The position numbers and the translations under genes are program-made. A model generated the notes under the pieces. The model saw only the letters and a list, made by a program, of their open reading frames with translations, was not told the origin of the DNA and searched no databases. A DNA stretch of 27,864 nt from positions 1 through 27,864 of IMG/VR virus record IMGVR_UViG_3300011412_000019; one strand, 5' to 3'. Below, piece after piece: positions 14,819-24,276 of this stretch (position 1 is the first letter of the stretch; each line of letters begins with the position of its first letter). This DNA comes from a virus. Its lineage: Duplodnaviria > Caudoviricetes.

Positions 14819-15676
14819 TTATTCCGATGTCAGACGAATAATTACAATTCCGTCCTGCCCGGATTGGCCATGAACTGTAGGAAGTCCATTTAGAGGGGAA
14901 GCTTTTGCTCCTCCACCATTTCCGGGTACAATATCCTCAGCGAGACTGTCTGGATCTGCGGTTGGATCTGTTCCAGGACCATAAACCAAGGTATATCCAG
15001 GATTATATGATCCACGACCTCCAGCAGTAGCTGCAACACATGTAATTTCGGTGCCAAATTTCCCAACGCCACCAGCACCACCGCCACCACCAGCACCAAT
15101 ATCTCCGTTTAGAGAACCATCCTCACCATCGGTTCCGGGTGTTCCTGGTCCGGTCGAGGTTGGAGTTCCTGCTGTTCCACCAGCTCCTCCTCCTCCAGAA
15201 ACACCGCGATCACCTAAACCCCCGTCGCCACCATCTGCAACAGTACTAACTGTGTCGGAATTTGAATCAGCGCCCTTACCACCTCGGCCACCTGAGGCAA
15301 TACAAGAAGTATCATTAAAAGAAGAAAACCCACCGTCTAGACCATCAGTAACAGAAGCGGGAAGGCTAGCATGATCGGCTCCATCAGCCCCAGCAAGACC
15401 AACAACTACCGGACAAGGAGTAGGTAAAGTAGATAGTAACCCTCGACATCGATAAAATCCTCCACCACCACCTTTACCACCATAATTTCTAATCAAAGTA
15501 CCTGTATTATTAGTATCAATTCCTCCACCAGAACCGCCACCGCCGCCAATACTAATAGCCTCAAAGTGAGTATAACCTAAGGCCGTATAAACCTCTGGTA
15601 AAAAATCCTGGTCTTGAGTAAACGCTATAATTAATGGATCTAAATGGACTAGGCTTCCAGAAAGTTCAATTCTCAT
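14819..15676 (-). CDS. Glycine-rich minor tail/fibre protein (285 aa)
   Basis: GGGGGSGG, GG.GGGGG, V.VG..G, G..SSF and terminal G.DGIVII motifs of the phage Gly-rich domain. Confidence 0.75.
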   Translation of the reverse strand: MRIELSGSLVHLDPLIIAFTQDQDFLPEVYTALGYTHFEAISIGGGGGSGGGIDTNNTGTLIRNYGGKGGGGGFYRCRGLLSTLPTPCPVVVGLAGADGADHASLPASVTDGLDGGFSSFNDTSCIASGGRGGKGADSNSDTVSTVADGGDGGLGDRGVSGGGGAGGTAGTPTSTGPGTPGTDGEDGSLNGDIGAGGGGGAGGVGKFGTEITCVAATAGGRGSYNPGYTLVYGPGTDPTADPDSLAEDIVPGNGGGAKASPLNGLPTVHGQSGQDGIVIIRLTSE

Positions 15677-15685
15677 TATATTCCT

Positions 15686-16297
15686 TTAATTACTCAGACG
15701 AACAGCCGTAAAACGATTAATATTGGACCCGGCAACTCCCCAACTGGCTCCTTGTCCGACCTGCAGTGCCTGAGCTGCAATTACTACTGAAGCAGCACTA
15801 ATATAAGCTAAACAATCATTAGTAACCATCAACAGGCCTCCACCAGAACCGCCGAGCGTTTGTCGATTAATACTACGTCGGACAGTATCAAAACTAAAAC
15901 CTGTCTCAACGCGACCGGCTCCTCCCGGAATATTAAACACTATCGACATGTGAAAATGCCAATAACCTGCCGCAGGTATTACAATATCTCCAGATCCATC
16001 CGTATGCATCCCATAAGGATCATCGTCAGCGCTAGGCCATAAAATTGTTTGCCAGGATGTATCTGGAATAACCTGTTGCGTAGTATTGCGAAGCAATTGA
16101 CAACGATGTACTGTGTGTCCAGATGCGCCTGGGGGTCCTTCGGGTCCTTCGGGCCCAACCACGGCACCGGCATTAATCTCACCACCACCATGTTTGGTAA
16201 GAATTAGATCGCCATCTAAATCAACTGCTCCGCCAACAACTGACGCATCCTCAATTTGTTGCATTCGTGCCGCAGTAAGACCAGTAACGGTAGCCAT
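15686..16297 (-). CDS. Minor structural/fibre protein with short collagen-like linker (203 aa)
   Basis: N-terminal MATVTGLTAARM domain, GPEGPEGPPG linker, beta-rich C-terminal domain (IP.AG.W.F). Confidence 0.75.
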   Translation of the reverse strand: MATVTGLTAARMQQIEDASVVGGAVDLDGDLILTKHGGGEINAGAVVGPEGPEGPPGASGHTVHRCQLLRNTTQQVIPDTSWQTILWPSADDDPYGMHTDGSGDIVIPAAGYWHFHMSIVFNIPGGAGRVETGFSFDTVRRSINRQTLGGSGGGLLMVTNDCLAYISAASVVIAAQALQVGQGASWGVAGSNINRFTAVRLSN

Positions 16298-16317
16298 TTC
16301 ACCTCCCTACTTTATTA

Positions 16318-17115
16318 TTAAACGTTTGTAGATGAAATCTCATAGGTATAAGCGTCCAAATATACCGCGTCAACCTCATCGATCTCGAAAGTAGTTTCGT
16401 CAAGCATAGTGATGTAGGTATCTGCTTCATCAATAGCCGACCAAGTACCATCTCCATGATCGATAATAAGAAGAGCGCCGAAATACCCAAACAAATCCGC
16501 AAGTTCTTGAATTGTTGGCATGCGAGCATCACTTACATCAGTTCCATAAAGCATACTTTCTATAAATTCTAAAACTCCGGGGTCTGTTGTAAGTGAATTA
16601 ACTGAAACATGAACCGTTGGTCTAGATACACCTGTTTTTACTGGAGTTCCAGTTAAATTCCAAGAAAATTCGAGTGGTTCAAATCCATCGTCGCTAGAAG
16701 TAGCAAAATCCAGAGCATCTGGATTAGCCATTACATTGTAAAGCATATGAATTTTATAACCATAATCCGGGCCCTCAAGATCATTACCAAGTAATGTTCT
16801 ATACGAAAGACTAAAGCTTTTTGGTGATTGATTGTGATAAGATAATCCAGGAGCAATGTTAAAGATTCCATTTACAGAATCAAATTCATCGGGATATGTA
16901 AGTGCGGTAAGCTTTCCTGAGAAATCGGCTGGAATCAACGTTTGTAAATACTTAACGCCATCTAGATGATACTCTTTTAATTCCGATGCCGGATCATCCT
17001 CTACTCCAGTAAGACCGTTCCAAACCACTGCTTCTTCAGCAAGATAGAGAACTCCACGATCAACACCAGACTGAAAAACTCGCTCTCCGGGTTGATCCCA
17101 AACAAGAGGCGTCAT
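16318..17115 (-). CDS. Major-tail-protein paralogue
   Basis: LVWDQ.GER, GVD.GVLY, WNGLT, TYPDEF and GYK.H..Y motifs shared with 17699-18580; GGAGGTG RBS favours ATG 17115. Confidence 0.8.
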   Translation of the reverse strand: MTPLVWDQPGERVFQSGVDRGVLYLAEEAVVWNGLTGVEDDPASELKEYHLDGVKYLQTLIPADFSGKLTALTYPDEFDSVNGIFNIAPGLSYHNQSPKSFSLSYRTLLGNDLEGPDYGYKIHMLYNVMANPDALDFATSSDDGFEPLEFSWNLTGTPVKTGVSRPTVHVSVNSLTTDPGVLEFIESMLYGTDVSDARMPTIQELADLFGYFGALLIIDHGDGTWSAIDEADTYITMLDETTFEIDEVDAVYLDAYTYEISSTNV

Positions 17116-17126
17116 TGTCACCTCCT

Positions 17127-17669
17127 TTATCCGCTAGTACCCAGCTGTGCTTTACGCTGAGCATTAAGTTCCCGATTACGAGCTGCTAATTCTGACCGAC
17201 TCATCTTCTTTGGCTTCGCTTGTTTGACATTACACACTCTAATCAAAGTGAATAATCGATTAAGATGCCAACGTTCACACTCAAATGGTATTTGAAACAC
17301 TACCATCCAATAGTAAATGAGTTCTGCTGTAATTACATCTCTAGTTTTTGGTGTACCTGGAGCATCACTAAACCAAGTTGCGGTCATCTTGGAATCGATG
17401 TATTCGTTTATCTCCGTAATGTTCTTTTCTGTAAGCTTCGAGATTACTTCTTCAGAAACATTTGGAGTCAGTATCATACATCTGATATAGTCAATTACTT
17501 CTTCGCTTGTCTTTTCAACCTTTCCTAAGAAAGGCTTTTCGTGTTTTGACTCCCATTTTGACAGTGAGACCAGAGAATGCTCTAGCTCCAAAGTCACATC
17601 ACCCTCTGTAACAAATTCTTGTGACCGATCGTCGAACATCTCGACGCCAGGAACAATTATCTTAAGCAT
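17127..17669 (-). CDS. Tail assembly chaperone (180 aa)
   Basis: Directly after the major tail gene; LEHSLVSLSKWE and CE.WHLNRL motifs. Confidence 0.7.
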   Translation of the reverse strand: MLKIIVPGVEMFDDRSQEFVTEGDVTLELEHSLVSLSKWESKHEKPFLGKVEKTSEEVIDYIRCMILTPNVSEEVISKLTEKNITEINEYIDSKMTATWFSDAPGTPKTRDVITAELIYYWMVVFQIPFECERWHLNRLFTLIRVCNVKQAKPKKMSRSELAARNRELNAQRKAQLGTSG

Positions 17670-17698
17670 CCTCTGGCCTCCTGTCCTAATTCCTAGCT

Positions 17699-18580
17699 TT
17701 AATAGTCGAACGTCCAGTCGTCATCACCGTCAAGGTTATAACCAGGCACAGCATGAGCCGTAACATTAGCCGTCTGTCCAACGGTAAGAGCTGCCTGAGC
17801 ACCAGACGATACATCCAGACCATTGATCTTGAACTGAACGCCAGTGACGGACGGGATAGTAACAACATGGGTGCCTGAGTTGTACGTCGGCTGGTTAGCC
17901 GGAGTACCCATGTCAACCACCGTAACCGTGCCGGTGAAGAAGCCAATGACTTCGTCGGGCCCGGGCAGGCGAGCGTCATTACCGACGTCTCCGAACAACT
18001 CGGCCTCGAGAAGGGCTAGAGCGTCTGCATCGACCACGGTAGAATCGACGACCAGGAGGGCCGTTGGCTTTAGACCAGTGACCGGCACAGGAGTCGTGGT
18101 GACCTCCCAGCTAAACGTAATAGCCTCCGGCGAATCATTAATAGTGGCATAGGCTTTCTCCGAAGGAGCTGCCTGAGCACCATAAATCAAATGGAGCTTA
18201 TAGCCATGATCCGTACCATCGATATCGTTACCAAGCTGCGTACGATAAACAAGGCCAAAGACTCTACGACCCTGCTGACCAACCATAACTCCAGCCTCAG
18301 GAACTGCAGTACCATCACACTGAGCAAACTCGTCAGGATACGTGAAGGCCTCGATAGTAGCTCCGAATTCCTCAGCCGAAATGAGGTTCAAGTACTTGAT
18401 ATTGTCTGCATACTGCGCAGTAGCTTCGGCGCCAGAAGGTGATTCAGTGACAGTCGTAAGGCCATTCCACGCAAAGCCTTCAACATAATCACCCTCAGCA
18501 TCAGGAATATAAAGAACTCCATGATCAACGCCGGTCTCATACACTCGTTCTCCGACTTGATCCCAAACAAGAGCTGTCAT
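17699..18580 (-). CDS. Major tail protein with C-terminal Ig-like extension (293 aa)
   Basis: QYADNIKY tail-tube motif; position after the head-tail genes. Confidence 0.9.
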   Translation of the reverse strand: MTALVWDQVGERVYETGVDHGVLYIPDAEGDYVEGFAWNGLTTVTESPSGAEATAQYADNIKYLNLISAEEFGATIEAFTYPDEFAQCDGTAVPEAGVMVGQQGRRVFGLVYRTQLGNDIDGTDHGYKLHLIYGAQAAPSEKAYATINDSPEAITFSWEVTTTPVPVTGLKPTALLVVDSTVVDADALALLEAELFGDVGNDARLPGPDEVIGFFTGTVTVVDMGTPANQPTYNSGTHVVTIPSVTGVQFKINGLDVSSGAQAALTVGQTANVTAHAVPGYNLDGDDDWTFDY

Positions 18581-18592
18581 TTCCTACCTTTC

Positions 18593-18892
18593 CTAGAAAT
18601 AGACGTTATAAACGTCGTGGTTCAAATTATCTGCTGTATAAAATCGATTAAATAGACTCAGAGGCATTGAAGCCACTTTATCTGGAATATCGCTATCAGG
18701 ATCTCGATCAATAACAGTAACCATATACCTTTTTGTATGATTATATGGCTTGTCATCCGCAAATTTGGTATCTGCATAATCACGTTTATAGATGATACAT
18801 GGATATACCAACTGCACATTGTTTGGCGGTTGGTAATATACATTAGCTACAAACGTCTCAAGGAGTTGGTGTAGATTCAGGCGTGGGGCCAT
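18593..18892 (-). CDS. Tail terminator protein (99 aa from ATG 18892)
   Basis: NVYYQPP, YPCIIY and ADNL.H motifs; GGGAGGTG RBS. Confidence 0.8.
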   Translation of the reverse strand: MAPRLNLHQLLETFVANVYYQPPNNVQLVYPCIIYKRDYADTKFADDKPYNHTKRYMVTVIDRDPDSDIPDKVASMPLSLFNRFYTADNLNHDVYNVYF

Positions 18893-19202
18893 TGTACACC
18901 TCCCCCAATCGAAGCAGAAGACGGGGGCTTTGCACTTCGACGCTTGAAACCGTCCACAAAACCCCCGCCCACTCCACATAACGAATGGCAAAGAAGTGTT
19001 CGTTCGCATATGCATCAGCTACGATACTGATCGCATTCTGAACGCTGAGATCTAAGTTGAGGTTCTCTCCTTCTTTGAGATTTCTAGTATTTCGAACAAC
19101 ATCTCCGAAATATGAACGCTCAACTATGTTATCAACCCACACGCCAGGTTCAATTTCAGCGGTTACACCATAACCAATGCGACCGTGGAACCTGTTTGCC
19201 AT
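18858..19202 (-). CDS. Head-to-tail stopper/closure protein (114 aa)
   Basis: Position after the capsid gene; W.V..V.V..PRL.L.LG motif. Confidence 0.75.
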   Translation of the reverse strand: MANRFHGRIGYGVTAEIEPGVWVDNIVERSYFGDVVRNTRNLKEGENLNLDLSVQNAISIVADAYANEHFFAIRYVEWAGVLWTVSSVEVQSPRLLLRLGEVYNGPTPESTPTP

Positions 19203-19214
19203 TGGGTACCTACC

Positions 19215-21191
19215 TTACGCTGCGTCGCGCTCGAACGTCCACTCATCTTCCTGGTTGCTAGCGAAGTAGTAGCCCGTGTCCGGAACACTGTAGACCCTAA
19301 GTGCTTCACCCGGATCGAGTGCAGCCATAGCACCTGCAGCGATCGTTGCGTCAGTATCACCATTCTTGTACACAACGCCGGTTACGGTCGGGATAGTGAT
19401 GACACCCGTTGCCGCGACGAAGGCAGGCTCAGTCGGCGTAGCCAACGTACCACCAGCACCAGCCCTGCGGATAACCAGAGCCGAGCGGATCTTGGTCAGA
19501 CCACCGGAAACGCGAGTCTCCAGCAGGTACTTGTACTGGTTGTAATCGATGTCGAAGTCGTCGAAGAAGTTGACGTCTCCGCCCTTATCAGCACCAACCG
19601 TGTAGTCCTTCAGATTCACGACGATACCAAGGAGATCCTGCTCACCTTCCATTACCTCAACAGTCACGATGTTTGAAACGCCCATCTCGGCTGCGAGCTC
19701 TGCAGTAGTTCTCCACAAACGATGCCCATCACCATCACGATGAACCAATAGTGACGAAAGAACAGGAAGCGTCGTATAGAACGTCGGGGAACCCGAGCCC
19801 TTATAGTAACCCATAGCACCAACGAATGCATCGACAACAACATCCGGAGTAGCCGAATCGTCGACAGTAACCGTTGCTGCATAAAGATCATGATCGTTAA
19901 GGATCGAACGAATACCGGCACCTTCAGTAGCTCCAGCCGGATCCTTGATCTTGTCGTCATGATCAACGGCACGACCATCACCGATAAGGATCGCGCGCGC
20001 GAGCTCCTCGTCCAGCATGAGACGCATCTCGGCCTTAAGCCAAGCCACGACATCAAAGTCCGTAATGTCGATGATATCGTCACGATCGAGCTTCTGCTTC
20101 TTGTAGATCGTGCTGGGAGTAGTCGAGCGAGTCGAGACACCGAAGTACTCTTCCTTCTTCAGAGTACCCTTGATGTAGCCTAGGGCACGTGCCTCGTCGA
20201 AGGTAATATCGGCGATAATGGACTTGATGCGAGAGAACGGCGAATGCCTAGTACCGTTAATGACACCCGAAACCCACTCAACTCGCCTAGAATCGAACTC
20301 AGGAGTGCTCGTAAGAGTGCGAGCGTCTGGGAAGAGAACTTCGATGTTATCGATACCGTGCTGAAGTGCATAAGCCTCGACGGCTTCCTTCAGCGAGCCC
20401 ATCTTCTCGGCGTCGGCAACGATCCCCTTGATCGCGTCATGCGAGAGAGTATGCTCTTCCTTTTTGCCTTCGCGCTCCTGCTCCTCGAAGACATTACGGG
20501 TCATGCGCCGTCCTTCCTCTTCTTTACTATCATGGGTAAGATCCGATTCAGATTTTCCGGAGGCCTGCTTCATCTCTGTAACCTTTTCAGCAAGTGCAGT
20601 GCCCACCATGTAATGAACAACTTCCTTCTGCTCATCACTCATCGAATCGTAAACTTCTTGAATAGTTGGATCATCTTCAGCGTGTTCGACTTCCTTCGTT
20701 TCCGAAGGCTTCTGATCGCCATGATTAAGTTCCAAACCAGTATAGATAATTGCTTCATCTTCCAACGTAACCATGTCGCCGTCAGCATGCGCCAAAGTAA
20801 TGTTATCAATAAGTGCGCCAGGGTTAGCACCGGACAATACTAGGCTTACCTCACGGATAAATCCATGAAGAACTTTCTTACCCTTTTCCGTGAGCTGATT
20901 AGCATAGATAGACAACGACGTGATGTCCTTATGGATCACCAATGTCTTAGCATGCTTTGCCTGATCGGTGTCATTAAAGTAACCATAAGTGTAAACACCA
21001 TCTTCACGATTCTCGAGGATGGCGTGACCGAGCACATTACTGGGCTCGTTATGCGTGTGTTGCCAGACAAGCGGAACCTGAACTTGATCCTGATGCTTGA
21101 AGGCATCCTGCATGATCGTCCGGCCGTCTGAACACTCGAGCCCAGCTTTGGTGGCATAGCCGCTAAAATCAGGCTTAGCCTTTTCTCCCAT
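19215..21191 (-). CDS. Prohead protease-major capsid protein fusion (658 aa)
   Basis: N-terminal HK97-type protease (FSGYA, PLVWQH.H, VLG, SLSI, EVSLV..GANP), acidic linker, HK97-fold capsid domain (L..AIL.GDG), C-terminal extension. Confidence 0.92.
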   Translation of the reverse strand: MGEKAKPDFSGYATKAGLECSDGRTIMQDAFKHQDQVQVPLVWQHTHNEPSNVLGHAILENREDGVYTYGYFNDTDQAKHAKTLVIHKDITSLSIYANQLTEKGKKVLHGFIREVSLVLSGANPGALIDNITLAHADGDMVTLEDEAIIYTGLELNHGDQKPSETKEVEHAEDDPTIQEVYDSMSDEQKEVVHYMVGTALAEKVTEMKQASGKSESDLTHDSKEEEGRRMTRNVFEEQEREGKKEEHTLSHDAIKGIVADAEKMGSLKEAVEAYALQHGIDNIEVLFPDARTLTSTPEFDSRRVEWVSGVINGTRHSPFSRIKSIIADITFDEARALGYIKGTLKKEEYFGVSTRSTTPSTIYKKQKLDRDDIIDITDFDVVAWLKAEMRLMLDEELARAILIGDGRAVDHDDKIKDPAGATEGAGIRSILNDHDLYAATVTVDDSATPDVVVDAFVGAMGYYKGSGSPTFYTTLPVLSSLLVHRDGDGHRLWRTTAELAAEMGVSNIVTVEVMEGEQDLLGIVVNLKDYTVGADKGGDVNFFDDFDIDYNQYKYLLETRVSGGLTKIRSALVIRRAGAGGTLATPTEPAFVAATGVITIPTVTGVVYKNGDTDATIAAGAMAALDPGEALRVYSVPDTGYYFASNQEDEWTFERDAA

Positions 21192-21217
21192 TTTGACTTC
21201 CTTCCTTAAATCTTAGA

Positions 21218-22495
21218 TCATCGGCCATTTGATGTTCTCCGTACTAATTGAGGAATAGCCGGAACCTCTTCCTTAGTTCCGTTTTCGTTACCATTTGTGA
21301 TTCTAACTGGTACCTCTTCTGGCATATTGCTGTTAACTAGCTTGTCAGCCTTTGGATCCTTGTGAGGAGGCCAACCAACAACATGCCGAATTTCATTTGC
21401 CGTGGCAATTTCGTTACGAGTAAACTTATCCGCAATCTCGGCAATGTTCTCAATCGGCACCAAACGAAATGGATCTCTAAAGAACAGAATCGTCTGCTTT
21501 TGTGTCCGAGCTGTTTTAGTCAAGAAGGTGCGTCGCATAGATTCAACGACTGCGGTGAGAAGAGGTTCGATTGTACGATTCCAATAATTCAACATGGCCT
21601 TTTCGTCAGCCGTACCGTTCATGACCTCTTCGGTTAGACCCAGCTGACCATAAAGCATTTCGGTTAGGAACTCGATTTGGCTCATAAGATTATTCTCGGC
21701 TGGACGATTTAGCTGAGTAATCTTTTCTGTTCCATCCGTATAGGCAATGCCATATTGGCTACCCTTAAGTTGAAACTCAATATCCGCACGGCGTTGTTCT
21801 GCCTGTTGTCTGCGAGATTCAGATTTAATTACATATGGAAGCTGAATGATGATATCTAATTTACCAGAAGCAGACTGTTGGTCAATAGCATCCAACAGAT
21901 TAAGTTTATTGAGTAGACGCTGAAGAGTTGAATTCGGTTCGTTCATTACAGCATACAACGGATTTTCGATAATAGCTACCGCCGACTTTTTCAGAGTAAT
22001 CTCTTCGCGTCGACCCTTCTTATCATTGTACAAACTAATTCGTACGTGCTCTGGATACCACGATACAACCTCACCAACACGAAGAGTCAAGATGTCGAAT
22101 CCGCCACTGACCTCTGGATTAATTGTTGTATCGACGGGAACAAGTGCCGCAACGCCTCTATCAAAGAGAGTCATAGCAATATCCTGCCTAAAAGCTCGCG
22201 CAGCTTGATCGAGATTAGCTTCGACCGTCAGACAATTATTAAGGCCGCTATCGACATCTTCAAGATATCTCTTCTCATCGTCCGTTCTAATATGACGCAT
22301 ATCAACGGAAGCAACGTCAATACTAAGACGTGTATAAATAGAGGAAATCATTGATCGTTCATTAGGAATTCTGAGCCTTACACGATCAGGTCTTCCTCCG
22401 AAATTTGGCTCACCAAACTGAGAAAATACGCGTCTAGTATCTAAGTTAGCGAATACATTCCAGGCATGCTTTAACGCCGTACCAACTCCTGCCAC
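21218..22495 (-). CDS. Portal protein (425 aa)
   Basis: Between terminase and protease-capsid; HK97-portal-like C-terminus (T.NEIR..VG..P). Confidence 0.9.
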   Translation of the reverse strand: MAGVGTALKHAWNVFANLDTRRVFSQFGEPNFGGRPDRVRLRIPNERSMISSIYTRLSIDVASVDMRHIRTDDEKRYLEDVDSGLNNCLTVEANLDQAARAFRQDIAMTLFDRGVAALVPVDTTINPEVSGGFDILTLRVGEVVSWYPEHVRISLYNDKKGRREEITLKKSAVAIIENPLYAVMNEPNSTLQRLLNKLNLLDAIDQQSASGKLDIIIQLPYVIKSESRRQQAEQRRADIEFQLKGSQYGIAYTDGTEKITQLNRPAENNLMSQIEFLTEMLYGQLGLTEEVMNGTADEKAMLNYWNRTIEPLLTAVVESMRRTFLTKTARTQKQTILFFRDPFRLVPIENIAEIADKFTRNEIATANEIRHVVGWPPHKDPKADKLVNSNMPEEVPVRITNGNENGTKEEVPAIPQLVRRTSNGR

Positions 22496-22516
22496 ATTAC
22501 ACCTCCTTCCCTATAA

Positions 22517-24262
22517 TCATTCAAAAGCCTCCTTGTTTAACTTGAAGGCGATCCATGCATCCATAAGAGCTGCGACATTATCGATCTTTTCATCTTGTCG
22601 CTTCTTCAGAAGCTTTCGATTTCCATTAGTATCTTCTAGTGTAATGGCATTACCCATTGCGAAGGACATAAGCGCCTGATCAAAAATCAGAAGTCGTTCT
22701 TCACTCATAATCTTGATCTCACCCAACGGAACCGATTCGGTCTTTGCTCCTTGAATAACCTTTTCGATACCGAACGGCCCGTTCTCTCCTTCCCAACGAG
22801 CAATAAACTCTTTAGCATTATATGGGTCGTATCCAATTGTACGAACGTCATACTCAGAGGCTAGGATGAACCTATCTAGATCATCATAGACTTCCATGAT
22901 GTCAAGAATATTCCCATCCATGACATGAAGGCTTCCCTCGTTAATGAACTCGTCGTACTTTTGTCGCATAGCTGCGGGAAGTCTCATCAATGTTAACTCT
23001 GTAATATAACTACGAGTCTTTACTCCGAACTGTTCTCGACCTAACGGGAATAAAAACGTGAACGCACAAAAGTCATCACCCTGAGAAAGGTCAGCACCGA
23101 GAGCACAAGCCATCTGCCAAAACTCACGAGTCCGATGAACCAAAGTTTCTTCATAAGTGAAGAAATAAGTATAACCCTCCATCGGAATCCCAAAACGCTT
23201 AGCGAGAATATCGTTGCGAGAGGCGGGCGCCTTTTCGGCACGCTCCACATCAAGCTGGTATGTTTCATAGGAAACCGTCGCTCCCAAATTTGGATTAGCT
23301 TTGACCCACATTGATGGGTCACCAACTTCTTCGATTTCGTCAAGCTTGTAATGCCAGATCGAAACATGTGGCGCGTAGTACTCACCTTTGAGAATATCAG
23401 CAAGCTCCATCTTAATCGTATCACCAGAACCTGCTCGAACTGTTCCCTCAGAACTGATGGCTACGATTAAGTAATCCTCGAGCTTTGATGCCCCTTGCTC
23501 TACTGCGCCTACTACATCTTCTCGGAGATCACCAGATAGCCATTCGTCAATCGTAGAGATCTTCGGACGAAGACCCTGCAACTTGTTAATAGCCATAGGA
23601 CGAATCTCAAGAATCGAACCGGTAAGAAAATTCTCGATACCTTTCTTAGTCGAAGCTAGCTTTACTCGCATAGCTCTCGAGCCGGTTGTATTCTGAAGAG
23701 ATCCCTCTGTAAGGAATTTAAACAGGGGCCCGCGCGAGCGCGTGATAGAAGTTCGAAATGGAGATAAAACTTCTTCCGCCTGTTTCATAGTAGGCGCAGT
23801 GTTAATTTGATGCGTAGTTGATACGTCGACATTTAGAAAATAACTATGAATCAAAAACGCATACATCGACTTAGCTGCTCCACGAGCAACTATCAAATAT
23901 TGCTTAAGCGTTAAACGTTTCTTTATCAGTCGTTTCTCGTAGTGTCCTCCATGATTATCTTTAGTCGGGACATAGACTGACCGTTCAACGAAATAATACC
24001 AACCGAAAATTTGTTCCGCCCAAAGTTTAAACGAATCAAGAAGATGAAGATCTGATCCATCCGTTAGAGTTAATTCTCCTTCACAATAACGAATAAATCC
24101 TTCAACAGCTTGATCGTCATAATAGATATTGGGGTTAGCAATAAGCGAATCGATTCGATTCATCTCCTGAGCGATTTCACGATTTACCGGAATATCGCCT
24201 CGGAGAACTGCCTCACGAAACAGACCATAATAGATCGGTGTCGCGGTATTAGACAGACCCAT
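22517..24262 (-). CDS. terL: Terminase large subunit (581 aa)
   Basis: Walker A (VARGAAKS), Walker B (STIDE), W.KANPNLG, nuclease motifs GADLS...D, YDPYNA and KID.V.A. Confidence 0.95.
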   Translation of the reverse strand: MGLSNTATPIYYGLFREAVLRGDIPVNREIAQEMNRIDSLIANPNIYYDDQAVEGFIRYCEGELTLTDGSDLHLLDSFKLWAEQIFGWYYFVERSVYVPTKDNHGGHYEKRLIKKRLTLKQYLIVARGAAKSMYAFLIHSYFLNVDVSTTHQINTAPTMKQAEEVLSPFRTSITRSRGPLFKFLTEGSLQNTTGSRAMRVKLASTKKGIENFLTGSILEIRPMAINKLQGLRPKISTIDEWLSGDLREDVVGAVEQGASKLEDYLIVAISSEGTVRAGSGDTIKMELADILKGEYYAPHVSIWHYKLDEIEEVGDPSMWVKANPNLGATVSYETYQLDVERAEKAPASRNDILAKRFGIPMEGYTYFFTYEETLVHRTREFWQMACALGADLSQGDDFCAFTFLFPLGREQFGVKTRSYITELTLMRLPAAMRQKYDEFINEGSLHVMDGNILDIMEVYDDLDRFILASEYDVRTIGYDPYNAKEFIARWEGENGPFGIEKVIQGAKTESVPLGEIKIMSEERLLIFDQALMSFAMGNAITLEDTNGNRKLLKKRQDEKIDNVAALMDAWIAFKLNKEAFE

Positions 24263-24276
24263 GCTAACCCTCCTTT

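Noticed and set aside
15674-15690. TATAATGA as an eighth promoter copy
   Set aside because: It lacks the TCGCA and AACA boxes; it is the RBS-spacer-ATG of ORF 14819-15676.
17127-17669. Programmed frameshift in the tail assembly chaperone
   Set aside because: It is a single continuous ORF followed by a separate gene with its own RBS; I see no second overlapping frame.
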